This document shows, one piece after another, positions 17,116 to 29,359 of a stretch of 64,000 bases of DNA (position 1 is the stretch's first letter; the number at the start of each line of letters is the position of its first letter). A program made the position numbers and the translations under genes. Source of the stretch: the human T2T-CHM13v2.0 reference genome, Homo sapiens; the NCBI RefSeq assembly GCF_009914755.1, contig NC_060925.1, one strand, 5' to 3'. A model generated the notes under the pieces. The model ran no database searches, was not told the DNA's origin, and was given only the letters and a program-made list of their open reading frames with translations.

Positions 17116-20100
17116 TAAGGGTGTTAGGTTTTTTCTTTTTTAAAGGTGTTTTCAATTGACAAAAATTGTATACATTTGTGGTATACAATATGACGTTTTT
17201 GATGCATATAAACATGTGAAATTATTACATCAAGCAAGTTAACATATCCATCACCTTATATGCTTATTTTTTGTGATGAGGACATTCAAGATCTACTCCC
17301 TTAGCAATTTTCAAGTATACAATACATTAACTATAGTCACTGTATTAGTCCATTTTCATGCTGCTGATAAAGACATACCCGAGACTGGTAAGCAAAAGAG
17401 GTTGGGTTTAATTGGACTTACAGTTCCATATGGCTGGAGAGGCCTCAGAATCATGGCAGGAGGCGAAAGGCACTTCTTATGTGGATGCGGCAAGAGAAAA
17501 TGAGGAAGGTGCAAAAGCAAAACCCCTGATAAAACCATCAGATCTCATGAGACTTATTCACTACCACGAGGACAATATGGGGGAACCGCCCCCATGATTC
17601 AAATGATCTCCCACCAGGTCCTTCCCACAACACGTGGGAATTGTGGGAGTACAATTCAAGATAAGATTTGGGTGGGGACACAGCCAAACTATATCAGTCA
17701 CCATGCTGTACAACATATCTCCAGAACTTATTTTATCCTGTCCAACTGAAACTTTGCACTCTTTGACCAATATCTCTCCATCCCCCAACCCCAGCCCCTG
17801 GCAACCACCAGTGTACTCTCTGCTTCTATGAGATTGACATTTTTAGCTTTGACATATAAGTGAGATCACACAGTATTTGTCTTCTGTGCCTGGCTTATTT
17901 AACTTAGCATATTTTTCCAGGTTCAGCCATGTTGTCACAAATGACAGAATTTCCTTCTTTTGTAAAACTGAGTTGTGTTGTGTGTGTGTGTGTATGCACG
18001 TGCATGCACACGCCACATTTTTAATCCATTCACTCATTGATGGACATTTAGGTTATTTTTATATCTTGGCTACTGTGAATAATGCTACAGTGAACATGGA
18101 AATGCAGATATCTCTTTGATATACTCATTCCATTTCCTTTGGGTAGATACCCAGAAGTGGGATTGCTGTAGTTCTATTTTTTAATTTTTTAGGAACCTCC
18201 ATACTGTTTTCCATAATGGCTGTACTAATTTACATTCCCACCAACATTGTGCAAGTGTTCCCTTTTCTCTACATACTCTCCAACACTTATTATTGTCTTT
18301 TTTGTAATAGTCATTATAACATGTGTGAGGTGATATTTATTGTGATTTTGATTTGCATTTCCATGATGATTAGCAATGTTGATTTTTTTCATATTACCTG
18401 TTGGCCATTTGTATGTCTTCTTTTGAGAAATAGCTATTTAAGTCTTTTGCCCATTTTTAAATTAGGGTTTTTTTTTTGCTATTGAGTTGTATAATTTCCT
18501 TATATATTTTGTTAGAATATATATATCTGGATACATGTATATCAGATACATGATTTGCGTATATATTCTATCATTCCTTAGGTTGTATCTCCTCTCTACT
18601 GATTGTTTCCTTTGCTGCACATAAGGATTTCAGTTTGATGCAATCCCGTTTGTCTATGTTTGCTTTTGTTGCCTGTGCTTTTAGGGTCAAAAAAAAAAAA
18701 AAAATCATTGCCCAGACCAATGTCATAAAGCTTTTTCTCTATGTTTTCTTCTAGTAGTTTTACCTTTTAGGTCTTATATTTAAGTCCTTAATCCATTTGA
18801 GTTGGTTTTTGTGTATGATGTGAGATAAAAGTCCAATTCATTCTTCTGCATTTGGCTATCTAGTTTTCCCAACACCGTTCATTGAAGAAACCGTCCTTTT
18901 CCCATTGTGTGTTCCTGGCACTTTTGTTGAAGATCAACTGACTAAATGAATGAATTTATTTCTGGGCTATTTACTCTGTTCCATTGGTCTATATGTTCAT
19001 TTTTATGCCAATACTATGCTGTTTGAATTACTATAACTTTGTAATATAATTTGAAACTAGGTAGTGTGATACCTCCAGTTTTGTTCTTTTTTCTCACAAT
19101 TGCTTTAGCTATTCAGTGTCTTTGTGGTTTTATATAAATTTCAGGGTTTTTTTCTATTTCTGTGAAAAATGTCACTGGATTTTGATGGGGATTGCATTGA
19201 ATCTGTAGATCACTTTGAATAGTATGGACATTTTAACACTATTAATTATGCCAATCCATGAACATGGGATATCTTTTCATTTATTTGTACCTTCCTTAAT
19301 TTCTTTCATCTATGTTTTATAGTTTTCAGTGTACAGATCTTTCACTTCCTTGGTTAAACTTATTCCTAAATATTGTATTTATTTTCATAGCTATTATAAA
19401 TGGAATTGTTTTCTTGATTTGTTTTTCATATAGTTGTTCGGTTCTTTTTTATAACTTCTATATCTTTCTTAAATTTCTAATTTTGTTCATGTATTGTTTT
19501 CCTGATTTCACTTAGTTGTCTATGTTCTCTTGAGCTCGCTGAGCTTCATTAGGACGATTATTTTGAACCCTTTGTCAGGGAGCTCATAACTTTTCATTTC
19601 TTTATGGTCTCTTATTTCTTTGATGGTGTCATATTTCTTGGGTTATTTGTAATCCTTGTGGTCATGTATTGGTTTCTGTGCATTTGAAAAGCAGGTACCT
19701 ATGACAGTCTTTACAGACTGGGTTTGGTAGGGAAAGCCCTTCACTGGTCTACTGGTCCAGAGATTTTAGGTTGGCTGTCTGGTAGTGTCTGCAGGCAGGT
19801 TTGCTGCTGGAGCCCTTGAGAAGACTGGCCTGGTACCTGAGTCAGCAAGTGCACGGGCCAAGAGCCTGGATCCTCAGGAGCTGACCTGGAGCCTGGATCC
19901 ACAGAGGACAGTCTGGCTCCAGGATCCACTAAGGAGGACCTGCAAACTGGATCTTTGGGGGCTGACCTGACACCAGGATAGGCCTGGTGTGCAGGTCCAT
20001 TGGAATAGGCTTTAAACCTGAGTCTGCAGGGCCCAGCAGGGTGCTGGAGCAGGCTTAGAGTGGGACTGGCCTAGAATCTGGGTCCATGGGGACTGGAACA

Positions 20101-20561
20101 GCTCTGGACCCTGAGTCCAAAAGAGCAGGCCTGGACCCTGGGTTCACTGGAGCCTAGGGCCTTGGGGACCAGCCTGGAGCCTGTATCTGGCCTGGAGCTA
20201 AAGAAGGCCTGGAGTCTGGATCCATGGATGCTAGCCTGGTACCTGGCCTGCAGGGTCTTGCCTTGAGGATGTGTCTTCAGGGCCTGTCCTAGAGCTTGGG
20301 ACCACAGTGGCCAGCCTAACACTTTGGCAGCCCTGGAGGCTGGATGCACAGGGACCAGTCCAACATCATAGTCTACTGCAGTAGGCTTGGACCCTGGGGC
20401 TCCTGGATTATAGGGCTGCAGGGACTGGCCTAGCATTGGGTGTGCCTGGGGCCTGTATCCATGAGGCTGGCCTGGTGCTTAGGGCCACAGGTGCCAGCCT
20501 GGAGCTGGGGTCCATGGGTACAGGCCTGGTGCTGGGGTCTATGGAGGAAGGGTCCACAGGT
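17116..20561 (-). mobile_element. L1MA-like element with 3' end, ORF2 3' part, large internal deletion (~19435) and GC-rich repetitive 5'UTR
   Basis: Antisense L1MA 3'UTR from ~17130 and ORF2 to ~19430. ORF1 start/5'UTR from ~19440, with degenerate GGGTCCATGGG..CCAGCCTGGAGC repeats at 19830-20560. 15-bp TSD at 17101-17115 / 20562-20576 (1 mismatch). Confidence 0.82.
17341..17696 (-). mobile_element. THE1C-like solo LTR (MaLR)
   Basis: TGTATTAGTCCATTTTCATGCTGCTGATAAAGACATACCCGAGACTGG...GGGGACACAGCCAAACTATATCA. Perfect 5-bp TSD GTCAC. Confidence 0.93.
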
Positions 20562-22249
20562 AAGAACAGCATTTTTAAAAAATGAAATAAAATAGAACAG
20601 GACAAGGTACATTGTGTCCAGTAAAGATTAATATATTATTTTGTGACACTTTTGTTTTGGGTGCATATAGGGGTAGTTAACTGGGCAGAATGTAAAATGA
20701 ATTTCTTACTCTGAATTGTGGTTTAAAAAAAAAGAAACCCACTGTAAGAGAAGAACAGGGAAAAGCTGGTCTCTGGAATACAGTAAACTATGGGGAGAAT
20801 CATGGCATTGAGAGTTCTGCAGGACAAAAAGATCCAGACCAAAAGAAGTGGCCAGAGCGGCAGGAGGGAGGGAAAAGGCAGATGAGCATAAAATCGTGGA
20901 AGCCAGGGAAGAAAGGGTTTGGCACAGCAGAGGCTCCCAAAAGGGGTAACATGAGAGTGAGGGATGAACATGGAGGTCATGAATGAGCTGGATGAAAATG
21001 ATGACCCGGAGTGACTGAGAACAAAGCTTGGGTGGAGAGCATTAAAAAGAGGATGGAAGGTGAAGAATTGGAGTCAGCAACCAAAGACAGTCTTTTGAGA
21101 AGGTTTGGTCTTGCGAAGGAACAAAATAAATGGCGTGGGTGCTGGAAGAAGAATGATGCCACTTGGGAAGCAGTAACTGACCATTCCCCACTTGGCTCAG
21201 TCCCAATCAGGCCCCTTCAAGATCATTCTTCTTTCAGTTTCAGGCCCCACATCCTATAGAGACAAGACAAATTAGGAAGAATCATCAAAACAACTCTTTT
21301 ACAAACCATGTCATCTCCCTAAGGACATAGGATAGGTAGGTTTTACAGTGGAGAAAAGATAATGTTGGAAGAGTGTGTCACTTTTGCCTTAGAGCCAGAT
21401 AGAAGTCTGGGACCACAACACACTGGCCAAATGACCTTGAGCAAGCCGCACACCATATCTGAGACTTGTGCTTCTCGGTATTAATAGGACAATAACAGAC
21501 ATTTTGCAAGAAGAGATCGCATAGAGAAAGGGCTCCTATATGTGTGAGGGACACATAGCTAAGTGTACAATAACAATACATGCCCCTCACCCTGACAATA
21601 TCACCCTGGCAGTATCAATGCCTTTGTTGGGGCTATGGATATAAGGGGCAAGTGCATGGCACACAAGATACCCCAGAGCCAAGAGGAGGAGTGAACAGGC
21701 AACAAAACCCACCTTCCCATCCCCACAGAAGATGAAGTCTTCTTAACTAGATCAGGCGAGTCACTCAAGGTCAGGGCCTTCCCCTGGATATACATGCACA
21801 CTGACTGTAGGATCAAGCCCGGCTCCTCATCCCAGCATCCAAGCTCTCTCCAGTCTGGCCCACAACCTTGCAAAATTGCATCATGACTAAGAGCAGCTCT
21901 GAGTCATCAGCCATGATTTCCCAGGTTTGTCAAATCCCTGGGCCCCAGAATCCCTATCTGCACAAGGTGGGGATAATCATCTCAGGGTGGGGGTGGAGTG
22001 AGGATCAAATCAGGTAGCTTGGATAAGACACTGGGCACAGTGCAGGTACATAGTAAGTGCTTAATAAATACATTTGAGTGTTCTGCCTCTTCAGTCATTC
22101 CTTCCATTCACCCTTGGCTTCCCCTAAATTAGCCTTCTCACCCTCACCCAAGCCTGCCAGAGCTCTTGGAAATGCTGTGCCTATGTCTCTGCTTGGTCCT
22201 CTTTGGTGGGGTTGTCCCTCCTCCCAATTTCCTGCTCCTTTTTAGTCCT

Positions 22250-22510
22250 GATTCTAATGTCACCTCCTCGGAAATGTGTTCCCTGACTCCCTAGGTGTTT
22301 TATTGCTCTCAAAACACTTTGCTTATACCTCCATTATAAGGCATTTTGACATTGTATTATAAGTAATTCTTTATACATACACCGCCTCACCCCTGGGCTA
22401 GATTCTTTGAGGGCAAGAACTGTATCTTATTTATCTCTGTACCCTCAATGCCTTGCACAAAAGAAGTGTTCAGAAGATACATGGTGAATGCATCAATGCA
22501 AAAGTACATG
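22250..22510 (+). mobile_element. L2 3' end
   Basis: AATGTCACCTCCTC..., TTTGAGGGCAAGAACTGTATCTTATTTATCTCTGTACCCTCAATGCCTTGCACA. Confidence 0.7.
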
Positions 22511-24241
22511 AATATGGATGGACAGACGAACAGATGGATGGGCAGTGGGCAATCTTCCTGTCCACTTCAGCCCAGACTTCAACCCAGCTCTTCCCCGAGT
22601 ATCTCAGGCTGGCACAAAACCCAGGCAATCACTCAAGTGAACAGTAACATAGCACAGCTCACCTGGACTGGAAAGAAACTGTGGACTCAGAAACCTGAGG
22701 TGTAGAATTTTGAGGATCTCTTGGGGCCAGAGAAAACCACTTAGGAAGAGCCAGGCTCCTCACAAACCTGCCAGGAGCCTCAATGGGAGAAAATGATTTA
22801 ATTATCGGAGTGTCACCAAACAAATTGTAAGCCTCATTTTGGGGTACTTAATGCTTATGGTAATTAACATTACGAAGATTTTTCTTTTCTCTTCTGTTTA
22901 TATTTGGTTTAGCCATTCACAATACAGCTAAAATTATTTCGACTAATTTTAGGAGCTCTTTCTACATTGCCCCTGTGTTTCTTCCCCAGCACTGCTACCC
23001 AAATGCAATCTTTAACTTCAGAGACAGCCAAATGCAGGACAAATTGGAATCAATGCTGCCTTTGTCTTCGCTAATAAGTGGCTGCCACGCAGAGGAGTGT
23101 GGAACTGCTAATTGGCTGATCTCAACAGGGAAGAGACAATGGTCGCGAGAATGCTGGGGGATTAATTATAGGGCCGCCTTCTGCGAGGCCTGGCTTCCGC
23201 TGCTCCTGGCTCGCGATGCAACAAGGGTGGGCCTCTCCACCCATCTTTAGAAACAGCAACCTCTCCAGCTGGAATTCTCCTGCACTGGGGATTCAGACCA
23301 CACACCCAGCACACACAAAGGTCAAGGAAGAGGAATGTGGGAGTGGCGGGGGGGAGACTTCCAATTCACAAAGGAAAGCACCAGAGTGTGTGTGCTGGAG
23401 GGTGGGAATGAGGGAGCACTCACTGGGATGTGAAGCTCTGTGCACCTGCTCGTGAGGGAGGCACGATCATCCCCCAACACATGACGAAACTGAGGCCTCA
23501 AACGGTGAGAAAACTAAAGGATCAAGCTTGCTCAAGTTATATCAGGTTAGCTCCTAAAAGGAGGCAACAGTTCCCTCTTAGAAGCAGCCAAGCTACAAGT
23601 AAAGACTCCTCTGAGCCTGGATTTGAACTCAACTTTGTCTGATTCCAGAGCCCATATTCTTTGCACTCTCAAAAGCTCTCCTTCACCATTAGTCTGTGGC
23701 CTCTGAAACCTGATTTCCTTGTCTTTGGGGTAAAGGGTTACCTCTGAAATGTCCTCATTAAAATGCAAATATATCTGCAGAGTGGAGGAGCGAAGGCATC
23801 TCTTAGCCCAGATTTGCTGTTTAAATGAAGCACCTGACACCAGGGAAAGCAGATTCTTCAAGGAATGAGTAACATCAGTTTTGATAAGGGGAAGGGGAAC
23901 TGCCAAGAGACAGCAGGGCCACATGGAACTCAGTGGTTGTCTTGGGAATGGGATGGGGAAGCCCAAAGTGGTGGCATTTGGAAGGAAAACACCAAAGGGA
24001 TTGCTTCAAAGGCAAACTGGGCTGAGTCCAATAATCCCAAATCAAATTTGGTGTTCTCTTCTCAAAAGCCACAGTCTCTCCCGGATGCCACATCTCTGTT
24101 GCTCCACCTGGAAGCCTGGGACAGCTCCTCCACTCCCTGCTCTCTGCACCCCAGAATCAACCATTTGACTCTACCTTCAAAGCATGTCCTCTCCTTCCCA
24201 TCCTTCTGGTCCTTATTGGCTTATGCTTGGCATTTTCCCCA

Positions 24242-24580
24242 TGTCAAGGTAAAATTGCACCAGACACATTTTTTTTTTAATGGCAAGACAGATTTTATTT
24301 GGGCTACTGCACTGGGGGAGAGACACTTCATGCAGGATTGAACTCATCAACACAGTAGGGGCAACTGGGGATTTATAGCTAAAGGGGAGGGTGAGGGAGT
24401 GAATGAATAGGAAATTACTAAGAGGAACTTGGTTCAGAGCAAGGACCGGGGAGGGATTCTTGCTAACATGCCTTGATGGGATTCTTGCTAAAACTAGGTT
24501 CTGCAGGCTAAGGATGAAGCCTAATTGAGAAGGCTTAAAGGAGCCTGACTAAAGTTTGGTCAAGGAGGGAGTCCCTGTCA
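24242..24580 (-). mobile_element. MER31-like ERV1 solo LTR
   Basis: TG...CA termini. The reverse complement begins TGACAGGGACTCCCTCCTTGACCAAACTTTAGTCAGGCTCC. 4-bp TSD CCCA/GCCA. Confidence 0.75.
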
Positions 24581-24811
24581 GCCATCTCTGGGCCCTCTGC
24601 CTCCAGGCTCACTCCTCTGGTCCAGGCTCATACACAGTCAGAATTTGCCCAAAACTCAGTACTGATGTTATTGCTTTCCCACTTGACACCCTGCACTGGC
24701 CCTCGCATTGTCCTCAGGATAATGTACATACTCCTAGGCGGATGGGCCACAAAGGCCATTCAATCATAGCCAGAGAATCCCAAGAAAACCTGATCCAGAA
24801 GGAGGAAAACT

Positions 24812-25212
24812 TGTCTTCGTTCATTTTCTGTTACTTATAACCCAAAACTGAGTAATTTATAAAGAAAAGGAATTTATTTCTTACAGTTATGGAGGCTGAG
24901 AAGTCCAAGATCGAGGGACTGCATCTGGTGAGGACTTTCCTGCTGGTGGGAACTCTCTGCAGTCCTAAGGTGGCACAGGACATCACATAAACAGGGGGCT
25001 GAGGGTGCTAGTGCTGGTCTCTCTTCCTCTTCCTGTAAAGCCACCAGTCCCACACCCAAGATAACCAGTGAATCCATAAATAGATTAATCCACTCATGAG
25101 GGCAGAGTCCTTACGATCCAATCACCTCTTAAAGCCTTCGCCTCTGTATGCTGCCACATTGGAGATTGTTTCAACATGAGTTTTGGAGGGCACAAACATT
25201 CAAGCCGTAGCA
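24812..25212 (-). mobile_element. MSTC-like MaLR solo LTR
   Basis: TAATTTATAAAGAAAAGGAATTTATTTCTTACAGTTATGGAGGCTGAGAAGTCCAAG...CAAACATTCAAGCCGTAGCA. TSD AAACT/GAACT. Confidence 0.85.
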
Positions 25213-25649
25213 GAACTTTTTAGTGTTCATTCCTGATTCTACCAGGGTTCTAAACCTAGAAGGGTTAAACACACCCGAACAAAACCCTCCCTTGCAATTA
25301 TCTCATGGTGCGATAACAAGACTCTTCAGCCTTTCCAAAACTTTTTCTTGTGCTTTATCTCCTTGGTTTTTACAACCTTCCTGAAAGGCAGAAAGTTTCA
25401 TCACCATTTCCCAGATGAGGAATCAGAATGAGCGTGGTGAAGTGACTTGTTCAGGTCACACAGCCAAGAAGTGAGTTCAACCAGCATCCAAACCTCATCT
25501 TTGGTGCAACATGACATTGTAATTGCCCCAGTCCCCCTCCTTGATTGTAGGCTCAGTGAAGAGAGGTAGCATGTCCATTTGGTTTACCTCTTTGTCCCCA
25601 TACTTGGCAATGTCTGGGACATAGGAACACTCAATGGAAAAGGTCATGA

Positions 25650-25900
25650 AATCACTATCATTTGTTGAGGACTTTACCTTGTACTAGTACTGGGCTGAGT
25701 TCATTAAAAGGTCATTCTTTGCCTCAATGCTTGATAGTACTACACTATAATCAATCCCATTTTACAGATGTAAAAGCAGAGGCTCTGAGCAGTTAAATAA
25801 CTCGCTTAGGTGGCACAGTTAATAAAATGATAGAGCAGAGACTTTCACTATGTCTGTTGACTGCAAAGCCCATACTCTCTATTGCTTAATAACTGCTGTG
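25650..25900 (-). mobile_element. MIR
   Basis: CCCATTTTACAGATGTAAAAGCAGAGGCTCTGAGCAGTTAAATAACT (antisense MIR core). Confidence 0.8.
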
Positions 25901-26769
25901 TGAATGAGTGAATAAATGAAGGACTTCAGTTCTTGAGCTCTTTCCAGCATGCTTTGCTTTTATCTGAGTAACTACTTCCTCACTTTCCTCCACAACCTGA
26001 CCTCAGGGCTCAGCTGAATGTAGACACTTTGCAAGCAAAAAAGAATTCCCAAATATTAATGCTCATAGCTAATGTTCTTTGGTAAAGATAATTTCAATGT
26101 TTTAAGATATTAATGTTCTTTTGACTGGTCTCCTTTCTAAGCACTTCTGAGTAAACACATCTATCTAAGGCTGATTGATTCTTGCAATTGCGCTATTACA
26201 ACCTAAACTAGGACATTCTGAGTCACATATTCAAAAGCAGAAATGGTTCAGGGTATGTATGTGTGAGTGTGTGTTAATATTTTTTTAAGTTTCCTTTTGT
26301 GTTCAACTCGAGAGAAATATTTGAAATTCAAATAATGAGGTATTCATAGTGAGTTTGCTTTCCTTATGCCCAGGGTAAAAATAAAATAAAATGCTAGACC
26401 TTTTTCTTGCTGCATTACATGGTGCTGACTTTCCTTTCTCATTATGTTTACCTCCAAAATTTGAATGGGAATAAAATTTAAAGGAATTACCACAATTCTT
26501 CAGTACATTTGCAAATCAATTAAGAGAAGCCAAATTATGCTCCTGTTTTTTTCGGGGAGCCAGTCTTCCCCAGCTCACAGAAAGCTACAGCCCACAGCTG
26601 CCTGGCAAACAAAGAGCAGCTGTCACATCTAGAAGTAGGTTTGGCATTTCAACACTCACCTCCCGCAGCCAATGCCACCCGCTGCACCAACCTCTCCACA
26701 GGCAGCTCCACGTACCTGCTAGGAGCTGGGTCCCCCATGGGGTGTTAATAGTGCCAGAAAAATACACAC

Positions 26770-26985
26770 TGTCTTTAGAGTCAGACAGACCCCCAGCCAC
26801 GCAGTCCCCACTCTGCCGTCTCCTTGCTGTGTGGCCTTGGCCAAATCACTTCACCTCTCTGAGCCTCAATTCTTCGGCTGCCAAGTGGAAACAATAGCAC
26901 CTCTCCCAAGGTTGTCCTGAGAATGTGAGGATGTGATCAGTCTAGAACACACCCCCACCTGCTCAGCACACTGTGGGCTCAGCCA
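26770..26985 (+). mobile_element. MIR
   Basis: GCTGTGTGGCCTTGGCCAAATCACTTCACCTCTCTGAGCCTCAATT core. Confidence 0.8.
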
Positions 26986-27124
26986 GTGGGGTTTACCTTC
27001 CTGTGTTCACGCCCTCTGGGGCCCAAAAAATCTTCTGGGCCCTCTGGGGGAGGGGGTGCTAGGACTGTTCGCTTTATCCTGCAGATCCAGCTCCACTCCT
27101 CCTCCCCTGCCCTCTTCCCTGAGA

Positions 27125-27545
27125 GGCTGAGTCACTCCCATGAGGCACCTCCGAGAATTCCTGTGACCTCTGGTTCCCTTGAGTTTGACTACATGGAGCC
27201 CCCGGATGAACTCAGTGGGAGGGTGGAGTGTGAGGTCATGTATGTATCACCCCCTCCCTGTGGGGTGGCCTTGTGCTGACTGAGTCCTTTCACTGAAGTT
27301 CAGCCCCTTCAGTGGGCTTACCCTAGACTCGCATCCAGACCTGGCAACTGCTCCCTTTCCTCATCCCTTTAGGCCTAGGGATGTCAGGCCCAGCTTTAGC
27401 TCAGCTGTCACCAGCCCCAGGATGCTGCATGCTATGTGGTTCCCACCCCCTGCCCACACCTTTATAAATGGTCCCATTACGAAGCCGTTCTCCAATTATC
27501 CTAACATGGAAGGCCATCTGTTTCCTGCCAGAGCCCTGATGGCAC
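27125..27545 (+). mobile_element. LTR33-like ERVL LTR
   Basis: GGCAACTGCTCCCTTTCCTCATCCCTTTAGGCCTAGGG...CACACCTTTATAAATGGTCCC...GCCATCTGTTTCCTGCCAGAGCCCTGA. Confidence 0.72.
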
Positions 27546-29317
27546 TTCTCCTCCCTTTTTCTCATTCCCTTGGAGTCATAGGATGGAAAAAGGAGTTCCA
27601 GCAAGATTTGGGAGTTAAAATGTCACCTCCTCCAAGAAGCCCTGCCAGATTGCAGCTATACCATCACCTCTTCTTAATTCCCTCTGAATTATGGGAACTT
27701 TACTCCCTATTATAGTAACGTATGCCCACATTTTCCTTCTCCAAAATAACAAAATACCATGACAGCAGGGAAAAATCATGATGCTTCTTTGCAATTTCTA
27801 TTTCAGCCAAACAGAATTTGTGATTTTAGCTGACTTTCCTCCAGGCCTTTACTCATGCTGTTTCTTCTCATCGGAGGCACCCCCAACTCCACTTTAAAAT
27901 GGATAAGCTCCCCTACCCAGATCAGCTATGGCTTTACAGCTGCAGATTCAGGTGTGTGGAAGATGCCCCTCTTTGTGTTTTTCTTTGGCCCAATCTAAAT
28001 TGACTGCAAGCTGAGGCAGAGGACTGATGTGGAAATCAGCTCATCTTGGAACAGTTGAGAGCAGCTGATGCCATAGGCCCCAAGGTACCTCCCTGGAGAA
28101 AATTTGTCCTGGAGAAGGAGGCCCCAGAGCATGAGGTTTGGGCTCTGTGACCTGGACACTGAGGAAGCTCCCAGAAAGAGACTAGGACCCATGCAGAAGA
28201 GCATGCAAAAGAGGACTGGGTAAGCCCAAGAGATGAAGTTATGGGATGGAGCAGCAGAGCCCTGATGAGGGGGCATCCATTTAAGCCCAAGTACTAGGGC
28301 AGGGCCTGGTGCAGTCCCAAGCCCAAGAGAGACCCCTCTGGGGAGGGGAGAGAGGGTTTGGGAAGAAGGACAGAGTGCTGCAAGCCATTGAGCTTGGCCT
28401 CTCTCCTCTCTGGACCTCAGTGTTCATCTGTGAATTAGACAATTCTGAGTAGGTGACTCTCAGGGATCCTTGCAATGCTAACATTCTGGGATCGTAGAGG
28501 GAGGGTGGGCACAGCACAGAAGAAGGTGTGGCTAGCAGGGCCAAAACACCTAAGAAAGTGTCACTCCCTCCCAGCCCCCACCCAAGCAGCCAGGTGACCT
28601 TGAAAGCATCTTCATGCCCCCACGCCCCCAGGAGCCAGCCAGGATGACAAAGAAGTATGGTCCAACTTGCTTTGCTTTTATTGAGCACGAGTGTGCCAGA
28701 TATTGTGCCAAGGGCTTTGCACATATTCTTTGCCAAAAAAGGTGGGTGGCTAAGTTGTAATGGGCTCTTCCTGGCCCAGCAATGCCCAGGCATGTCCCAG
28801 CGTCCCTTCACAGAGGTCCTGGGCTGATGAGTAAGGAAAACAGGTGAGAGGCCCACCAGACTCTCTTTGGGGCATATGTACAATCTTTCCTTCACCTCCC
28901 TGCCAGCCTCCTGCCCTAGTGTGTTGGAAGACGGGTCCCTTGGCCCCCACATGGGCGGGCCCCGCTCCACAGGGATGCCCCAGCCAGGTGTGCAGTGCTG
29001 TGCTAAGCAGCCTGCCAGCTCCAACAGATGGCAGAGCCGAATCGCCATCCATCACAGCCGTAAGTGGCCAACTCCCCTTCTGGTGCTCCAGACAAACGGC
29101 TCTGCTCCTCCGTCCCTCCCCCGACCCCTCCGTCAACCACTCTCGCCAGGCAGCCAGGCGGAGTCGTTTACTCAGCAAGTCCTGCGGGCAGAATGTGGGG
29201 GGAGGCAGAGCTGGGCGACACAAGGAGGCACATCCATCATCACAGAGAGCCAGCAGCTTGCTCCACACAGCGATGGAGGGACCAGGAGTGTGCTCGTGGA
29301 GGATGCCAGCCCTTGCC

Positions 29318-29359
29318 GTGTGTGTGTGCATGTGTGTGTGTGTGGTGTGTGTGTGTGTG
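29318..29359 (+). repeat. Interrupted (TG)n microsatellite
   Basis: Direct TG runs. Confidence 0.9.

Larger units (their letters stand above)
17039..20745. mobile_element. hAT-Charlie MITE (MER102/113/119-like) split into ~17039-17115 and ~20562-20745 by an L1
   Basis: CAGTGTTTTTCAAA start and AAACCCACTG end. The halves join through the duplicated AAGA(T/A)CAGCATTTTT. Confidence 0.6.

Noticed and set aside
19830-20560. GC-rich degenerate repeat array as a novel satellite or CRISPR-like array
   Set aside because: It lies within the TSD-bounded L1 at the 5'UTR position. The units are degenerate, with no constant repeat and unique spacer structure.
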